This document shows positions 21,876 through 33,316 of a stretch of DNA of 64,000 bases, piece by piece. The DNA lies in contig PDIP01000030.1 in assembly GCA_002811645.1 (NCBI GenBank), positions 152,383-216,382 on the forward strand, written 5' to 3'. The position numbers were made by a program, and so were the translations under genes. How positions within the stretch are numbered: the stretch's first letter is position 1; every line of letters starts with the position of its first letter. Origin of the DNA: Corallochytrium limacisporum Hawaii (Eukaryota > Protista > Pluriformea). A model generated the notes under the pieces. The model saw only the letters and a list, made by a program, of their open reading frames with translations, was not told the origin of the DNA and did no database searches.

Positions 21876-23339
21876 TTATGACAATATCATATGATGTCGC
21901 ATTGCAATGATCAGAGGACTCGGTTCGATCTCTTCCTGCATAATGTCGTCCACGATGTGATCGGAAGGCATGTCCAGCATTCGCTTGATCCGCAGTACCA
22001 ACTGATGACGCAAGGAATCCATAGTTTGTGTGCATTGCTGTTGCCCCAGACAAGGACGTAGCCGCATTGTGTAGTCTGGATGAAATTCCAGGAGGCCGTC
22101 GTAATCTGGCACTTCATCTGGTGGCTTCTCCCCCAAGCATTGGGCAGTCAGATGACACCATAGTTTCGCTGTTGCAGTCTCATTATAGCCGCCACCACCG
22201 AGGACCAGCATCGGAATGTTCCAGCTTTTCAGCAGATTTAGGACGGAGACATGGGCTTCTTCTGTCAGGTTGAAGATTTTGTGAGGATCCATTGCCAATC
22301 CATCTGCGCCGCATTGTACAACCACACAATCAGGAGTGAAGGATGTCCTAAGTGCGTTCAATGCCAAGCTAGCTGCGCAATAGAAGTCCGTGTCCGAGCA
22401 ATACTCTGGCATTGGAACGTTGAGATTATACCCTTCACCTTTGCCCTCTCCAGTGTACTCCAACTGGCCAGTTCCTGGAAAGAATCCTGATGCCTGATAG
22501 TGCATGCTCATAGTGTATACGCTGTTGGAATGAGCAAATGCCTTCTCAATCGCATCACCATGGTGCAAGTCGAGATCGACGTAAAGTACCCTCCTGAACC
22601 TCTTTCTCAACTCCAAAATGGCAAGCACAATATCGTTCACAAAACAGAATCCAGACGCATTGTTCCTGAAAGCATGGTGCCACCCTCCAAACCAATTTAT
22701 GGCAACGTCGACCTGGCCGTGCAGCAAAGCACGAGCAGCAGACAGCGACGAGCCAGCAGCATACGATGCAAAATCTGCTACTCCTGTGAATAAGGGACAA
22801 TCATCAAGCAGGCCGTGCTCTGCAAGTCTTCGATCAGTGGCATCTGTTCCCATAGTTTCGGAACCCGCTGATTTTCCCTCAGAAAGCAACAGATCAATGT
22901 ACTCGGAACCATGAAACTGCTGTAAATCCTTACGATCCGCAGGCATACATGGAATTGAAATGCATTTGTCTACAAATCCAGTTGCTTCGAGTAGTGAAAA
23001 CACCAGTTTGGTGCGCCGTCCGTATTTCGGAGACCTCTCGAAAGCGCGAACGGCTGGATCTGACAAAACTAATCCGACGATCCTCTCAGAATCATCGTCA
23101 AGTGTTTCCATTGATGCCCGATGTCCCGGTCGCGGTGTAGCCATGACCTTATCATTACTGCATACCCGTTTCAATGGACGTGCGGGAGGACCAGCGGAAG
23201 GGGTCCTAACTACCTTGGGCACTCGGACTCTCGGACTTGCAAGTTCCATGTCACCATCGTCGAATTCATAGGGATCCCGTCCCTGAAACCGACCCAATCG
23301 GTCCGGTCTTGGAAACTTTAAACTTGTGTTAGTCACCAT
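21876..23339 (-). CDS. HDAC8: Class I histone deacetylase, HDAC8-type
   Basis: AINWFGGWHHA (the GGWHHA form is typical of HDAC8/Hos1), ASGFCFVND, YVDLDLHHGD, GFFPGTG, QCGADGL, LGGGGYN. Confidence 0.85.
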   Translation of the reverse strand: MVTNTSLKFPRPDRLGRFQGRDPYEFDDGDMELASPRVRVPKVVRTPSAGPPARPLKRVCSNDKVMATPRPGHRASMETLDDDSERIVGLVLSDPAVRAFERSPKYGRRTKLVFSLLEATGFVDKCISIPCMPADRKDLQQFHGSEYIDLLLSEGKSAGSETMGTDATDRRLAEHGLLDDCPLFTGVADFASYAAGSSLSAARALLHGQVDVAINWFGGWHHAFRNNASGFCFVNDIVLAILELRKRFRRVLYVDLDLHHGDAIEKAFAHSNSVYTMSMHYQASGFFPGTGQLEYTGEGKGEGYNLNVPMPEYCSDTDFYCAASLALNALRTSFTPDCVVVQCGADGLAMDPHKIFNLTEEAHVSVLNLLKSWNIPMLVLGGGGYNETATAKLWCHLTAQCLGEKPPDEVPDYDGLLEFHPDYTMRLRPCLGQQQCTQTMDSLRHQLVLRIKRMLDMPSDHIVDDIMQEEIEPSPLIIAMRHHMILS

Positions 23340-24284
23340 GATATGGAACTTTCTGAAACCTCAAGATTACGGCACTCACATTTTGGATCACTCTCATGGG
23401 TGCTTGCGGATCTTTTCTCGGCAACGGTTTACGTTTCGATATACTCCTGCACCGAAGCGGGGAAGAATATCTACATCCCCAGGTTTACCCACAGTTATTC
23501 CGACTATCTATCCTGAAGTAGCATGGTTTGATCAGGCTGAGTGTACCCAATTTGTGTATTGGCAATGATGCATCCTTACCTGTGGAGGCCATCGGGTCTC
23601 GATGCGGCACCGGGCTTGCCACTTTTTCCAACCGTCCCGCCCTGAGGCAGTGTGCCTGATTGCGGGACGCACCGGCGGGGATCCCGCCGAAGCGCAGCGG
23701 GACTGATTGCGCGAAAATCCCTTCCCCCTCTTCTTTGGTCACACTTCCCTCCTCGTTGCCACAGCCAAGCGCCACCGCTAGCCAAAATGAGTTTTCTGCG
23801 CAGATCTTTATATTTTTGCCAGTGAGATTTAGAGAGAGGGCCACCCGCAGCGCACACAGACCCGGGCACTGCGAAACTCTTGTGCCACCGAATATTTCTG
23901 AGCGGCGCTGTGATATAAGGGTAATCCTCCCTCGCTTTGCACACATGGGTCAGTGATTTATGTGTACACTGGGGACGGCGACGAATGAAGATTTCCTCAA
24001 TGGGGATCAGAGTACCGTCCGCGATGATGAAGAGCCGGTTAAACCTTTTCAAGGCATCGCTACCGGTTGTTCTGTTCGCTCCTCCCAAATCGAAGACCGG
24101 GCGGACGGTCGTCAAGTCTGGACGGATGAGGCTCATATACTAGCGTGGCGTTGTTACAAACTGCCCGTGGAGAGACACATCGTTTTCTTGGTACTTCAGG
24201 CGTTGTCGAGGATCTGACGCTACATCCCATGCCGCTCGCAATCGAGACTGGACTTTGGTCAGTCTGTAGAATCCTGTCTATTTG

Positions 24285-27251
24285 ATGTATGAGAGGGATC
24301 ATAGCAAGGGGAAGCAGTGGAGGACAGGATATACTGGTGGGCACCATGGCCAGCGCGGCCGCGGCCGTGGCCGTGGCCGTGGTCACATGCGAAGGGACAA
24401 TCTTGAAAGCCCCCATGCGACGGAGACATACGCACAACAGTCTGACCATAGAACGCGAGGACCACCTCCAAATTTGAGGGGTCGTGAAATAGGAATGTGG
24501 TATGCGGCAAGAGGCAAGGCGAGGAAGACCGAGAAAGAGAGAAAGGAACGAAACGTTGTTAGCGTCAGTAAAGAACAAGAAATGCGCATATACAAATTGC
24601 TTGATGATTTTTCAAAACAAGCAGCAAACAACGCTGAGATGACTCCTTTTAGAGATCCCGAGCGTGAAGAAGCAAAACCAACAACAGATTTTGAAGAAGA
24701 AGATGACGTGGCTATGAGGTTTCGTGAAGCCGCCGGTATCAGCGCACATTGGAACATTCAACGACTAGAAAAAGACCAAGTCTGGGACGCGCAAATCTAT
24801 AGAGAATGGACCCATCACAAGGCAAAGTCTAAGGAGTATGTCGAGTCACTTGACACACGGAAACGACTACCCACGTACCAAATGGCCAACGATGTACTCG
24901 CGACAGTGAAGAACAGCGCAGTCACTGTTGTCTCAGGTGAGACTGGCTGTGGCAAAACCACGCAGGTCCCTCAGTTGATACTTGATGACGCTATCGCTCA
25001 TGAGAGGGCCTCGTTATGTCATATTGTTGTTACTCAACCTCGGCGCATCAGTGCAATTAGCGTAGCTCATCGCGTGGCTTCAGAGCGTGGCGAATCTTTG
25101 GGCCAAAGCATCGGGTACAACATCCGGTTAGAGAACAGAGAGCCGAGAGCACGAGGGAGCATTACATTCTGTACAACAGGAATTCTTTTGCGGCGCCTGA
25201 CCAGCGATACCACCTTTCAGGGGGTTAGCCACGTGATTGTTGATGAAGTTCATGAGCGAGACATGATCAGTGACTTCCTCTTAATTCTACTTAAGCGTTT
25301 ACATCGTACGAGACCTGATCTCAAAATTATTCTGATGAGTGCAACCATCAATTCTGACGTCTTTGTACGATATTTCGAAGGTGCCCCACACATAGCAATC
25401 CCGGGAAGGCAGTTTCCAGTCTCTGAGATATTCTTGGAGGACATTGTGCCAAAACTGCAGTATCATGTTGATCAGCCACAGTACCGCGAACGGAGATCTC
25501 GCACAAAGAAATGGAGACGAACTGAGTCTGAATCAAAAGATGACCAGCCACTTCAATCTATCCATTTAGCCACTGAGGACTGGGAAAAGCTGCGACAACG
25601 GAACATTGATGAGAATACCATTAGGACTTGCGCAAATCTTGACTATTCGAAAATCGACTACCAACTTCTGGAAAAGGTTATTGAGCACATTGACAGGGAC
25701 TATGAAGGTGGTGGTATTTTGATCTTTCTCCCTGGCTGGACTGACATCAAAAACATTATGTCTAGCCTGCAGTCTCCCCGGTCCCGGTTTGGAAATCAAT
25801 CAAAATATAGGCTACATGCCTTGCATTCTATGATCCCGCAAGCAGACCAGCAAAAGGTTTTTGCAGTGCCGCCATCCGGAGTGAGGAAGATTGTGTTTGC
25901 GACAAATATCGCTGAGACATCCATTACTATCGAAGATATTGTTCATGTGGTGGATTGTGGTAAGATCAAGCAGACGGTTCACGATGTCAAGACAAAAACA
26001 AGTCATTTACTTCCTGTATGGGTGGCGAAAGCGAATGCAAAACAGCGTAAGGGAAGAGCAGGACGTGTAAAATCTGGCAAGGTCTTTCGTTTGTTCACTT
26101 CCTTGCACTATGAGCAATTTCAGGACTTTCAGATTCCCGAACTTTTGCGATCTTCACTTGTTGAGCTGTGTCTTCAGATCAAAGTCATGGAGCTTGGGAA
26201 GGTAGGCCCATTCCTTGCCGAAGCCATTGACCCGCCAAAGGAAGCGCAAATCAAATACGCTATCTCCTTTTTGCAACAAATTCACGGCATGAATTCTGGA
26301 GAGCAGCTCACGTCTTTGGGCCGACACCTGGCACACTTGCCGGTGAATCCTCAGATTGGCCGCCTTCTTATCTTCGGTGCTATCTTTGGCTGCCTGACGC
26401 CGACCCTCATCATAGCGAGTGCACTTGGGCATAAAGATCCCTTCGTTGTTCCGATGGGCAAGGAGGTGCTTGCAGACCAGGCGAGAGCTAAGTTTGCAGG
26501 TGACGGCTACTCGGATCACATAGCTCTTGTGAAGGCCTTTTCACAGTGGGAAGAATCTGGATGCAGTGCCAACTTTGCACGTCGAAACTTTTTGAACCAA
26601 AGCACCCTACTGCTAATGTCTAAGATGTGTAATCAGTTTGAAGACCTATTGCAATCACTTGGGTTTCTACACGGTATGCCACGTTTCCATTTCGATCGCA
26701 ATGCTACCAACGAGAAGCTTTTGCGTGGAATTACCTGTGCAGGTCTCTATCCGCACATTCTTACAAGCTTTGAGAAGAAAAGGTACAGAGTCTTCCGTGA
26801 TGAAGACGGGCAAAGATGTGAGATGCATCCAAAGAGTGTGCTGGACAGTCAGACGCATATTCCATCTAAGTATCTCGCGTACTACATGAAGATGAAGTCG
26901 ACAGCGATCTTTGTACACGATGCTACCGTTGTGTTCCCAATGCACATTGTTTTCTTCGGAGGCGAGTTGGCGTCCGGTGAGGATGAGCATGGGGATCACA
27001 CTGTGATAGTGGATGGCAAGTACAAGTTCCTAGCAGCGAAGTCTACAGCCCGACTTCTCATGAAGCTTCGAACCACCCTTGACGACATTCTCTTGAAGAT
27101 GATTCAAAACCCATTTGGAAGACACGGTACGTCAGAGGCAACCATTATAGAGGAATGCATAGAATTCATACGCAACGAGGAGCTCATGCAGTTCCAAGAC
27201 ATACCCCCCATGGAAGAAGTGAATGATTCCATGTATGTCGTTTCGCAGTGA
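24285..27251 (+). CDS. DHX36: DEAH-box G-quadruplex resolvase DHX36/RHAU
   Basis: RG-rich N-terminus, RSM motif PPNLRGREIGMWYAAR, GETGCGKTTQ, DEVHER, SAT and QRKGRAGRV. Confidence 0.93.
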   Translation: MYERDHSKGKQWRTGYTGGHHGQRGRGRGRGRGHMRRDNLESPHATETYAQQSDHRTRGPPPNLRGREIGMWYAARGKARKTEKERKERNVVSVSKEQEMRIYKLLDDFSKQAANNAEMTPFRDPEREEAKPTTDFEEEDDVAMRFREAAGISAHWNIQRLEKDQVWDAQIYREWTHHKAKSKEYVESLDTRKRLPTYQMANDVLATVKNSAVTVVSGETGCGKTTQVPQLILDDAIAHERASLCHIVVTQPRRISAISVAHRVASERGESLGQSIGYNIRLENREPRARGSITFCTTGILLRRLTSDTTFQGVSHVIVDEVHERDMISDFLLILLKRLHRTRPDLKIILMSATINSDVFVRYFEGAPHIAIPGRQFPVSEIFLEDIVPKLQYHVDQPQYRERRSRTKKWRRTESESKDDQPLQSIHLATEDWEKLRQRNIDENTIRTCANLDYSKIDYQLLEKVIEHIDRDYEGGGILIFLPGWTDIKNIMSSLQSPRSRFGNQSKYRLHALHSMIPQADQQKVFAVPPSGVRKIVFATNIAETSITIEDIVHVVDCGKIKQTVHDVKTKTSHLLPVWVAKANAKQRKGRAGRVKSGKVFRLFTSLHYEQFQDFQIPELLRSSLVELCLQIKVMELGKVGPFLAEAIDPPKEAQIKYAISFLQQIHGMNSGEQLTSLGRHLAHLPVNPQIGRLLIFGAIFGCLTPTLIIASALGHKDPFVVPMGKEVLADQARAKFAGDGYSDHIALVKAFSQWEESGCSANFARRNFLNQSTLLLMSKMCNQFEDLLQSLGFLHGMPRFHFDRNATNEKLLRGITCAGLYPHILTSFEKKRYRVFRDEDGQRCEMHPKSVLDSQTHIPSKYLAYYMKMKSTAIFVHDATVVFPMHIVFFGGELASGEDEHGDHTVIVDGKYKFLAAKSTARLLMKLRTTLDDILLKMIQNPFGRHGTSEATIIEECIEFIRNEELMQFQDIPPMEEVNDSMYVVSQ

Positions 27252-27473
27252 CCTATTCGTCTGCCCTTTTCACACCTCTTTGCCCCTTATTCGTTTCACA
27301 GATTAAAGAATGCTTCACTTTTCGTATCCATGAAGATGGGATATCAGTTTGTTGCGCTTGGGCGGTGTTGGACACGGGTTCGGCCTAAGGTTCTTGACCA
27401 AAACATTTAGTGTCGTCAATTTTCGATGAGTTTTGCAGTAAAGCTTTAGACTTTATTCGTGTGCGATTGGGTT

Positions 27474-29153
27474 TCACTTTCTCTCAGCGGCGCAACCTGT
27501 CATCTCGAGGACACCAAGGAAGCGAGTGAGTTCCTGCTGAAGCTTCACCTCGGATCGGATGCGATCACGCAATTTCAAGAATTGTTCATCGATGGCTGGC
27601 GAGAGCCCGACGACATCACGGTAAATATCAATGACCATTCGGCTCACGTCGATCAGGAAACGAGCAAAGCGGGGGTTTGCAATATTTTTCTGCAGAAAGT
27701 GCAGAATGGGCTCCAGGGCGGCATCATCACGTCCACTTAAAGCAATGCCCAGGCCACGCCTCCGGGCCAGTTCTTCCATCACGCTGATGACCATGACACT
27801 CTTTCCCTCATTCATTGCAGTGTCAAGAGCATCACGGTAGCGGAAGCGCTTGAGCATCTGATCGTATGCTTTCAGTTTCTGCCTCTTGCCTCCTGTCACA
27901 AAGATCTGCTGCGCGTTGTCGGCGTCGAGGCTGCCCAGACCCGGTCCTCCCTTCAACCTTTCGCCGGACTGGCGCATGAAATATCGATAGGTACCAGCAC
28001 GAAGAGATTTCTTTGCCTCCCGACCCCGTGCTCCGAGAAAGGTCAGATCACCGTATTGTCCGAGCGTGTTAGCTGATCCAAGGGGACCCGTGACCACACT
28101 CTTTGTCTTCGCGCCATCTCGATCAGCAGCATTTGGCCGGTGAGAGAGATGAATATTGCCATCAGCCATACCAGCCACAAGAAAGCGGCTGTGGCGATCC
28201 ATGGCCACACTGAGTACAGGTGCACTATAGGTGAGAGTGTGAACGACATTGAAAGTGTCCAAAGCATAGATTTTCACGCAGCTGTCCAGTCCACCACTCA
28301 GCAGCCGACTTCCAGTTCCATCCAAAGCCAAGCATGTGACATTCTTCTGGTGATTGCGTAGGGTGGTAAAGAGTTTGGAGGTACCAATTGTGTTCCAGAT
28401 CTTAATATCATGTTGTCCAGCAGTGGCCACCATGGTGGATCCTGGCAGGAAGATTATGTCATCGATAGGATCATTATGTTGCATTGTCATCACCGGACCG
28501 TCCGCCCAGTTCTGGCGGGTGTCCCAGAGTTTGGCTGTTCCGTCATATGACCCTGTTATGAAAATTTCTGGTCGCTGTGGATGTGCTCTACCGCCACGAA
28601 TGCGATCCGAGTGTCCTGCACGGACTTCCCAAGCCACTGCTTCACTCGGAATATCAAGAACCTTGATTCTTCCGTCATCACTACCACTGAAGACGCTAGA
28701 TCCCGCCTGTGATGCAAAACAAGCAACATGACATGCCCGCTGATGAGCATTAAAAGAACGTAGTACACTTCTACCCATTGAGTCAAACACTTTCACGACA
28801 CCCGTTTCCGAACCTGCAGCGAGCAGGGTACCATCGTCCCGCCAATTACAGCCGTATGTGTCGTCCTCAAATTTTGTTATGCTACGAACCACTTTACGGC
28901 TCTGCGCAGAATAGATCTGAACTTTCGTTGACGCATTCAAGGCGAACAAGCTGCTAGTACTTGCTCCCCGAGGAACTGGCTGGAAGCAAACGTCTGTAAC
29001 CGTTCCGAATTCCTGGAAGATGGCTGGGAACTTGAAACGCTTCCAGTAGCGGTTCTCTGCAGTTGTCGCCTGCGCAATCTGCGGAAAATCCTTCTGTTGC
29101 AACCGGTTAAAGTCAGTCCGCGTCACCACGCGGCCCTTGACCTCCAAGCTCAT
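27474..29153 (-). CDS. UTP15: U3 snoRNA-associated protein 15 (WD40)
   Basis: TAENRYWKRFKFP, WD40 repeats and the C-terminal UTP15 domain (LKAYDQMLKRFRYRDALD...ELARRRGLGIALSGRD). Confidence 0.93.
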   Translation of the reverse strand: MSLEVKGRVVTRTDFNRLQQKDFPQIAQATTAENRYWKRFKFPAIFQEFGTVTDVCFQPVPRGASTSSLFALNASTKVQIYSAQSRKVVRSITKFEDDTYGCNWRDDGTLLAAGSETGVVKVFDSMGRSVLRSFNAHQRACHVACFASQAGSSVFSGSDDGRIKVLDIPSEAVAWEVRAGHSDRIRGGRAHPQRPEIFITGSYDGTAKLWDTRQNWADGPVMTMQHNDPIDDIIFLPGSTMVATAGQHDIKIWNTIGTSKLFTTLRNHQKNVTCLALDGTGSRLLSGGLDSCVKIYALDTFNVVHTLTYSAPVLSVAMDRHSRFLVAGMADGNIHLSHRPNAADRDGAKTKSVVTGPLGSANTLGQYGDLTFLGARGREAKKSLRAGTYRYFMRQSGERLKGGPGLGSLDADNAQQIFVTGGKRQKLKAYDQMLKRFRYRDALDTAMNEGKSVMVISVMEELARRRGLGIALSGRDDAALEPILHFLQKNIANPRFARFLIDVSRMVIDIYRDVVGLSPAIDEQFLKLRDRIRSEVKLQQELTRFLGVLEMTGCAAERK

Positions 29154-29838
29154 CGTTAACTATTTTCTTCACAAGACAGATACTTTCTACTTCACTAAAC
29201 CTACATTTCTTCCAATTTACATATGGTCCTTGAACCCATACACTCGTGTGCTATGGACTACCCTGCAGATGCTAACGTGTGGCATGTTCTTAATCTGAAA
29301 AACGTTTTTCAGATAGTCGATAAAGGGGTCCACTTCATGTCTACGCTCGAGAACACAGGCACCCAGACCAAGTGGGTCCCCTTTTCACCACACAGCCCCC
29401 TCGAGATGAGGCCACGAAGACCCGTTTTCCTGGTCTCGCTGTTGCGAGACCCGCGTGGCGCCCATCCGTTCGCTTGCGCACCCCTGTGCTGCATGAAGGG
29501 CGACAAAATGTGGGAGGGGGAGAGAGTTTAAGGGGGTGGGGGAGAGCGGGAGGACGGCGAATCCTACCCCAATACCCGCGAGGTAGGTGGGTCTCTCCAA
29601 CGCCCATTGATACGGGCACCTCTAGGACATTTGGGATTTCGGCTAACAGGATGCCATGAAATGCAATAAGCATAGTTTCGTAGTAGAAAACTATTTCAAC
29701 ACATGTGCTGAGATGTTGAGTGCTTGTGGGAAATCATGCTTCACGCTCTGGTAGTCAAATGAAATGAGACAGTAAAGCAAACCTGTGGTTGCTGGGAGAC
29801 ATGTACACGTTGTAGTGCAAGTGCACTTTCACAATTTC

Positions 29839-31356
29839 ATGGTGTCAAAGAAACTCTCTAAGGGCGAGAAACTCGCCCGCAAGTTGGTTCAACCAAAGCT
29901 AGGGGACTATGATCCCGAAAACATTGAGGAGGATGGGTTTGCCTCCGACCGATCAGAGGATGGCTCCGAGCGAGAGGATATCGAAGTAGACCAATACGAA
30001 GAATTGGGTCGTGGACTGCTGCGCAGAGGCGAAATTTTGGATGATCCGAGGTATCAGGGTAAGATTGTAAGCAGAGAAGACCTCAGTGATGAGGGGGATG
30101 GTGACGCAGATGATGATGACGATGAAGAAGTCGACCCAGCAGCCTATGCTAATGTTGAATACGCTTACGAACAAGAAACTGATGACGACGAAGACCATAT
30201 GGAAGAAGATGAATACGGAGCGCCTACAGAACATGGAACCTTCGGGCGGGACGGAGAAGAGCAGGATCTCCTGGATGAGGAGCTAGCAATCCTCGCTGAG
30301 GAAGAAAAGGAACAGGCCCAACAGCTGCAAGACGCCGCTGCTGAAGATGCTGAGAAGGGAAAGCATGTGCGGGAGCAGCTGTCTTTCTATGAAACAGCCA
30401 TGCATATGCGAATCAAACTTCAGAGCCCACTACAACAGATTCAGAAATTACCAGCTCCGGAGGTTCTCCGCCTACTGCGGGAAGGAACCAGCGCAATTCA
30501 AAAGCAAGCCGGTCCTATCCGAGAAGGATTGCAAGATTTGAGGTCTTCATTGACGGGACTCTTATCAGATATTGTTGACATTCAGAGGTTGCTGCTCAGT
30601 TCGAAGGAGGAGACCAAAGCATTGGCAAATCCTTTGAACAAGCTTCACGGTGATCTTGATGAAGGAAGCAGCATTCAGGACCTGCACACAGCAAGTAGGA
30701 ATTTTCATAAGCGATTTGGTGCGTGGAGGGATGACACACTAGACACTTGGCACCGACAGATCCAGGTCAAATCTGGATCCATGGCCCTCCGGGGCCGAAA
30801 ATTTTCCGCCCTTGACCGTCCTCCAAGTGAGCAGATCTCTGCACTGCTTCTCGATCGGGAAAGGGTGATGCTGCGCAGTCAAATGCGCACACAGGCTGCC
30901 CTACTGCGTCCACGGAGCCAAAGCAAATCGAATTCGGATATCAAGGACCACACCAACAGCGGCGATGGGGAGGTTTATATTGACAACGAGTTCTACCACA
31001 ATCTTTTGCGATCCTTCATTGCAAATCGTAGTGACAAGTCCAAAATGGAGCAACGAATTGCTGAACAGATGCAATCTGTTGATCAGGAACTGCGCAAGCA
31101 GAAGCGCAAGAGGCAGGATCCGAAGGCCAGCAAGGGCAAGCGTGTGCGCTACGACACTCATGAGAAACTTGTGGGTTTCATGGCACCACTTGATGCAGGT
31201 ATGATTGAGGACGACCGCCACAGCATTGTGCAAAGCATTTTTGGTGGTGCCATGGTGTCTCGGCTGGCCGAGGTGTCTTCATACCACCGCCAGAATGGTA
31301 AAGTAAACGAGGAGGAGGATGTTACCGTCGACAATGGAGTAAAACTCTTTGGCTGA
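29839..31356 (+). CDS. AATF: AATF/Bfr2 (SSU processome factor)
   Basis: LDDPRYQGKIVSREDL, acidic region, EKGKHVREQL...RIKLQ, YIDNEFYHNLLR, DPKASKGKRVRYDTHEKLVGFMAP. ATG at 29839. Confidence 0.92.
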   Translation: MVSKKLSKGEKLARKLVQPKLGDYDPENIEEDGFASDRSEDGSEREDIEVDQYEELGRGLLRRGEILDDPRYQGKIVSREDLSDEGDGDADDDDDEEVDPAAYANVEYAYEQETDDDEDHMEEDEYGAPTEHGTFGRDGEEQDLLDEELAILAEEEKEQAQQLQDAAAEDAEKGKHVREQLSFYETAMHMRIKLQSPLQQIQKLPAPEVLRLLREGTSAIQKQAGPIREGLQDLRSSLTGLLSDIVDIQRLLLSSKEETKALANPLNKLHGDLDEGSSIQDLHTASRNFHKRFGAWRDDTLDTWHRQIQVKSGSMALRGRKFSALDRPPSEQISALLLDRERVMLRSQMRTQAALLRPRSQSKSNSDIKDHTNSGDGEVYIDNEFYHNLLRSFIANRSDKSKMEQRIAEQMQSVDQELRKQKRKRQDPKASKGKRVRYDTHEKLVGFMAPLDAGMIEDDRHSIVQSIFGGAMVSRLAEVSSYHRQNGKVNEEEDVTVDNGVKLFG

Positions 31357-31413
31357 TCGACAAAATCACACACTCATTAAAGAAAGCAAGTTACTACACT
31401 CTATATGCAATAT

Positions 31414-32436
31414 TTAGGAGCTCGGCGCCCTTCGATGCTCGTTCTTTAACATTTCTTTCAACCGCGGATCAATGCCCGGGATAGCCATGGCTTCCTCCAG
31501 CACTCGCCGACCAGTATCGGTATCACCTACCCCAAGATACAGCATAGCCTTGTTGTAAAGGGCCTGGCACTTCAAATCCTTGTTCTTTGCATTCCTAGCG
31601 GCTTTGTTTGCTAACTCCAACGCTGGCTCCACTTGGCCACTCTCAAATGCGGCGGTGGAGACTGTGATCATGGCAGTCACGACTTCTTCGTCTCCCTCAC
31701 CCTTCTCTTCCTCGAGAATGGACAGAGCGTATCTCAATGGTTCGATGGCCCTGAGATAGTCGCCTGTTAGCATTCGGAAATGACCCAGCTCACTAGCCAC
31801 CCGCCCAGCAAAGTCACGATCCGCCGTCTCTTGCTGTTCCTTCACGGCCTTCCGGGCCTCCTTGTAGCAGTACTCGAGGCCGACATCTGCTTTATACTTG
31901 TCACCCATCTGTGCATAACACATGGCAATCCGACGGGAAGTGTCTAGGCACTTCATATCCGTCTGTGCATAGCCCATCCGCAGCAGACTCTTTAGCGCTT
32001 CTTTGAAAGTGTGCTGAGCACGATCATACTGTCCAGTAAAATACAACATATTGGCAGAATGGAGCGCGAGAGTGACTGTTTGTGTACTGTCATGGCCGTA
32101 GTCCGTCTCCGCCAGGTCCATCGCTTCTTTCAGGTATGCCTCTGCCTCGTTCGCCTTGCCATGCTTGGCCGCTTTCAAACCCTGTCCCATGAGCAGACGT
32201 GTTTTAACTCTCATACCGTTGTAGGACCCATATTCGTAATAGGAAAAGGAACCCAAGCTCAGGACAGTAAACCCAACAAAGAAGAGACCGACAGCTCTTC
32301 CACGGTCACTGGTCGCTGACATAGACCGCTTGAAGGCAATGTTTGGCGCGGCAGGGATTCTCCTTGCCGCCACAGAGGACAACCATGGTCGACCCGCGAC
32401 ACTTGCCCGTGTAAACCGGCCCACTCTTAGCATCAT
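31414..32436 (-). CDS. Mitochondrial TPR protein with one TM helix (Mgr3/TTC19-like)
   Basis: Arg-rich presequence, hydrophobic segment AVGLFFVGFTVLSLGSFSYY, then tandem TPR-like helices. Confidence 0.7.
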   Translation of the reverse strand: MMLRVGRFTRASVAGRPWLSSVAARRIPAAPNIAFKRSMSATSDRGRAVGLFFVGFTVLSLGSFSYYEYGSYNGMRVKTRLLMGQGLKAAKHGKANEAEAYLKEAMDLAETDYGHDSTQTVTLALHSANMLYFTGQYDRAQHTFKEALKSLLRMGYAQTDMKCLDTSRRIAMCYAQMGDKYKADVGLEYCYKEARKAVKEQQETADRDFAGRVASELGHFRMLTGDYLRAIEPLRYALSILEEEKGEGDEEVVTAMITVSTAAFESGQVEPALELANKAARNAKNKDLKCQALYNKAMLYLGVGDTDTGRRVLEEAMAIPGIDPRLKEMLKNEHRRAPSS

Positions 32437-33316
32437 TATGAGTTAGTGGAGTGGGCCAAAATCAGTGTAATAGTACAGTAAGATCAGTTTCACGTCGTCT
32501 GGCTCGACAGTCTCTTATATCTGCCTCCAAGACCGTCCCGTGGTGCGCGGCTGGTGCGAGACTGCGTGGCTGTCTCTGCCTGTTAGGATTTTGTCCCCTC
32601 TGTCAGTCTGGGGAGTTTCCCTGCCGTCTGGACCTTTGCGCATGCTCACTCACCCGGCGACTAATGGAAAAATCTAATTTTTCCGGAAAGAGCACTCGCG
32701 AGCCCCTTTCACAGCCCAAGTACCGAGCGGAATCAAAGTCAGTTTCAAACGCCGTCGATGCGAGGAAGGAACATGGGTGTGATATGTCGTTTCGGCTCTA
32801 AAACAATATGAAATGTGCAAAAAATGTTGAACAGATGAGTCCACCAGAGGGGGGCATGAAATTTCCAGAAAGTACTCAAAATACTGAAATTTTGGGAAAA
32901 GTGTTGAACAGTGGAAAATCCAGAGAGGTGCCAAGACAGAGTCCGCCAAGAAGTACTCTCAGATAAGGAGGAAACTTTCATACAGCGAGGCCACCCCCTT
33001 GGCAAGTCCAGATATTGCCACCGACAGCGAGCTGGCCAGTCGCGACGAGCGTGTTCCCAATTCTCGCCGACAATGTCTTCGCATCTACGCGTTACTGACG
33101 ACAGCGACGAGTACGAGGTGACATCGGAGATATCTCTTGGCAGTCCAAGCTTAGTGAAGTCTGTCGTAAACAGGTATATATATATATGCCGAAAACTGTG
33201 TCTGACTGACTGCATCTTTGATTTTGCAGACAACCATATACTCCTGATAATTCAACGAAAAGATGGTATCATAGAGTTTTGCTAACATTTTAGCCGTATA
33301 TATTTAATAGCTCACA

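Noticed and set aside
24349-24383. GGCCGC/GGCCGT hexamer tandem repeat
   Set aside because: It encodes the RG repeats of the DHX36 N-terminus.
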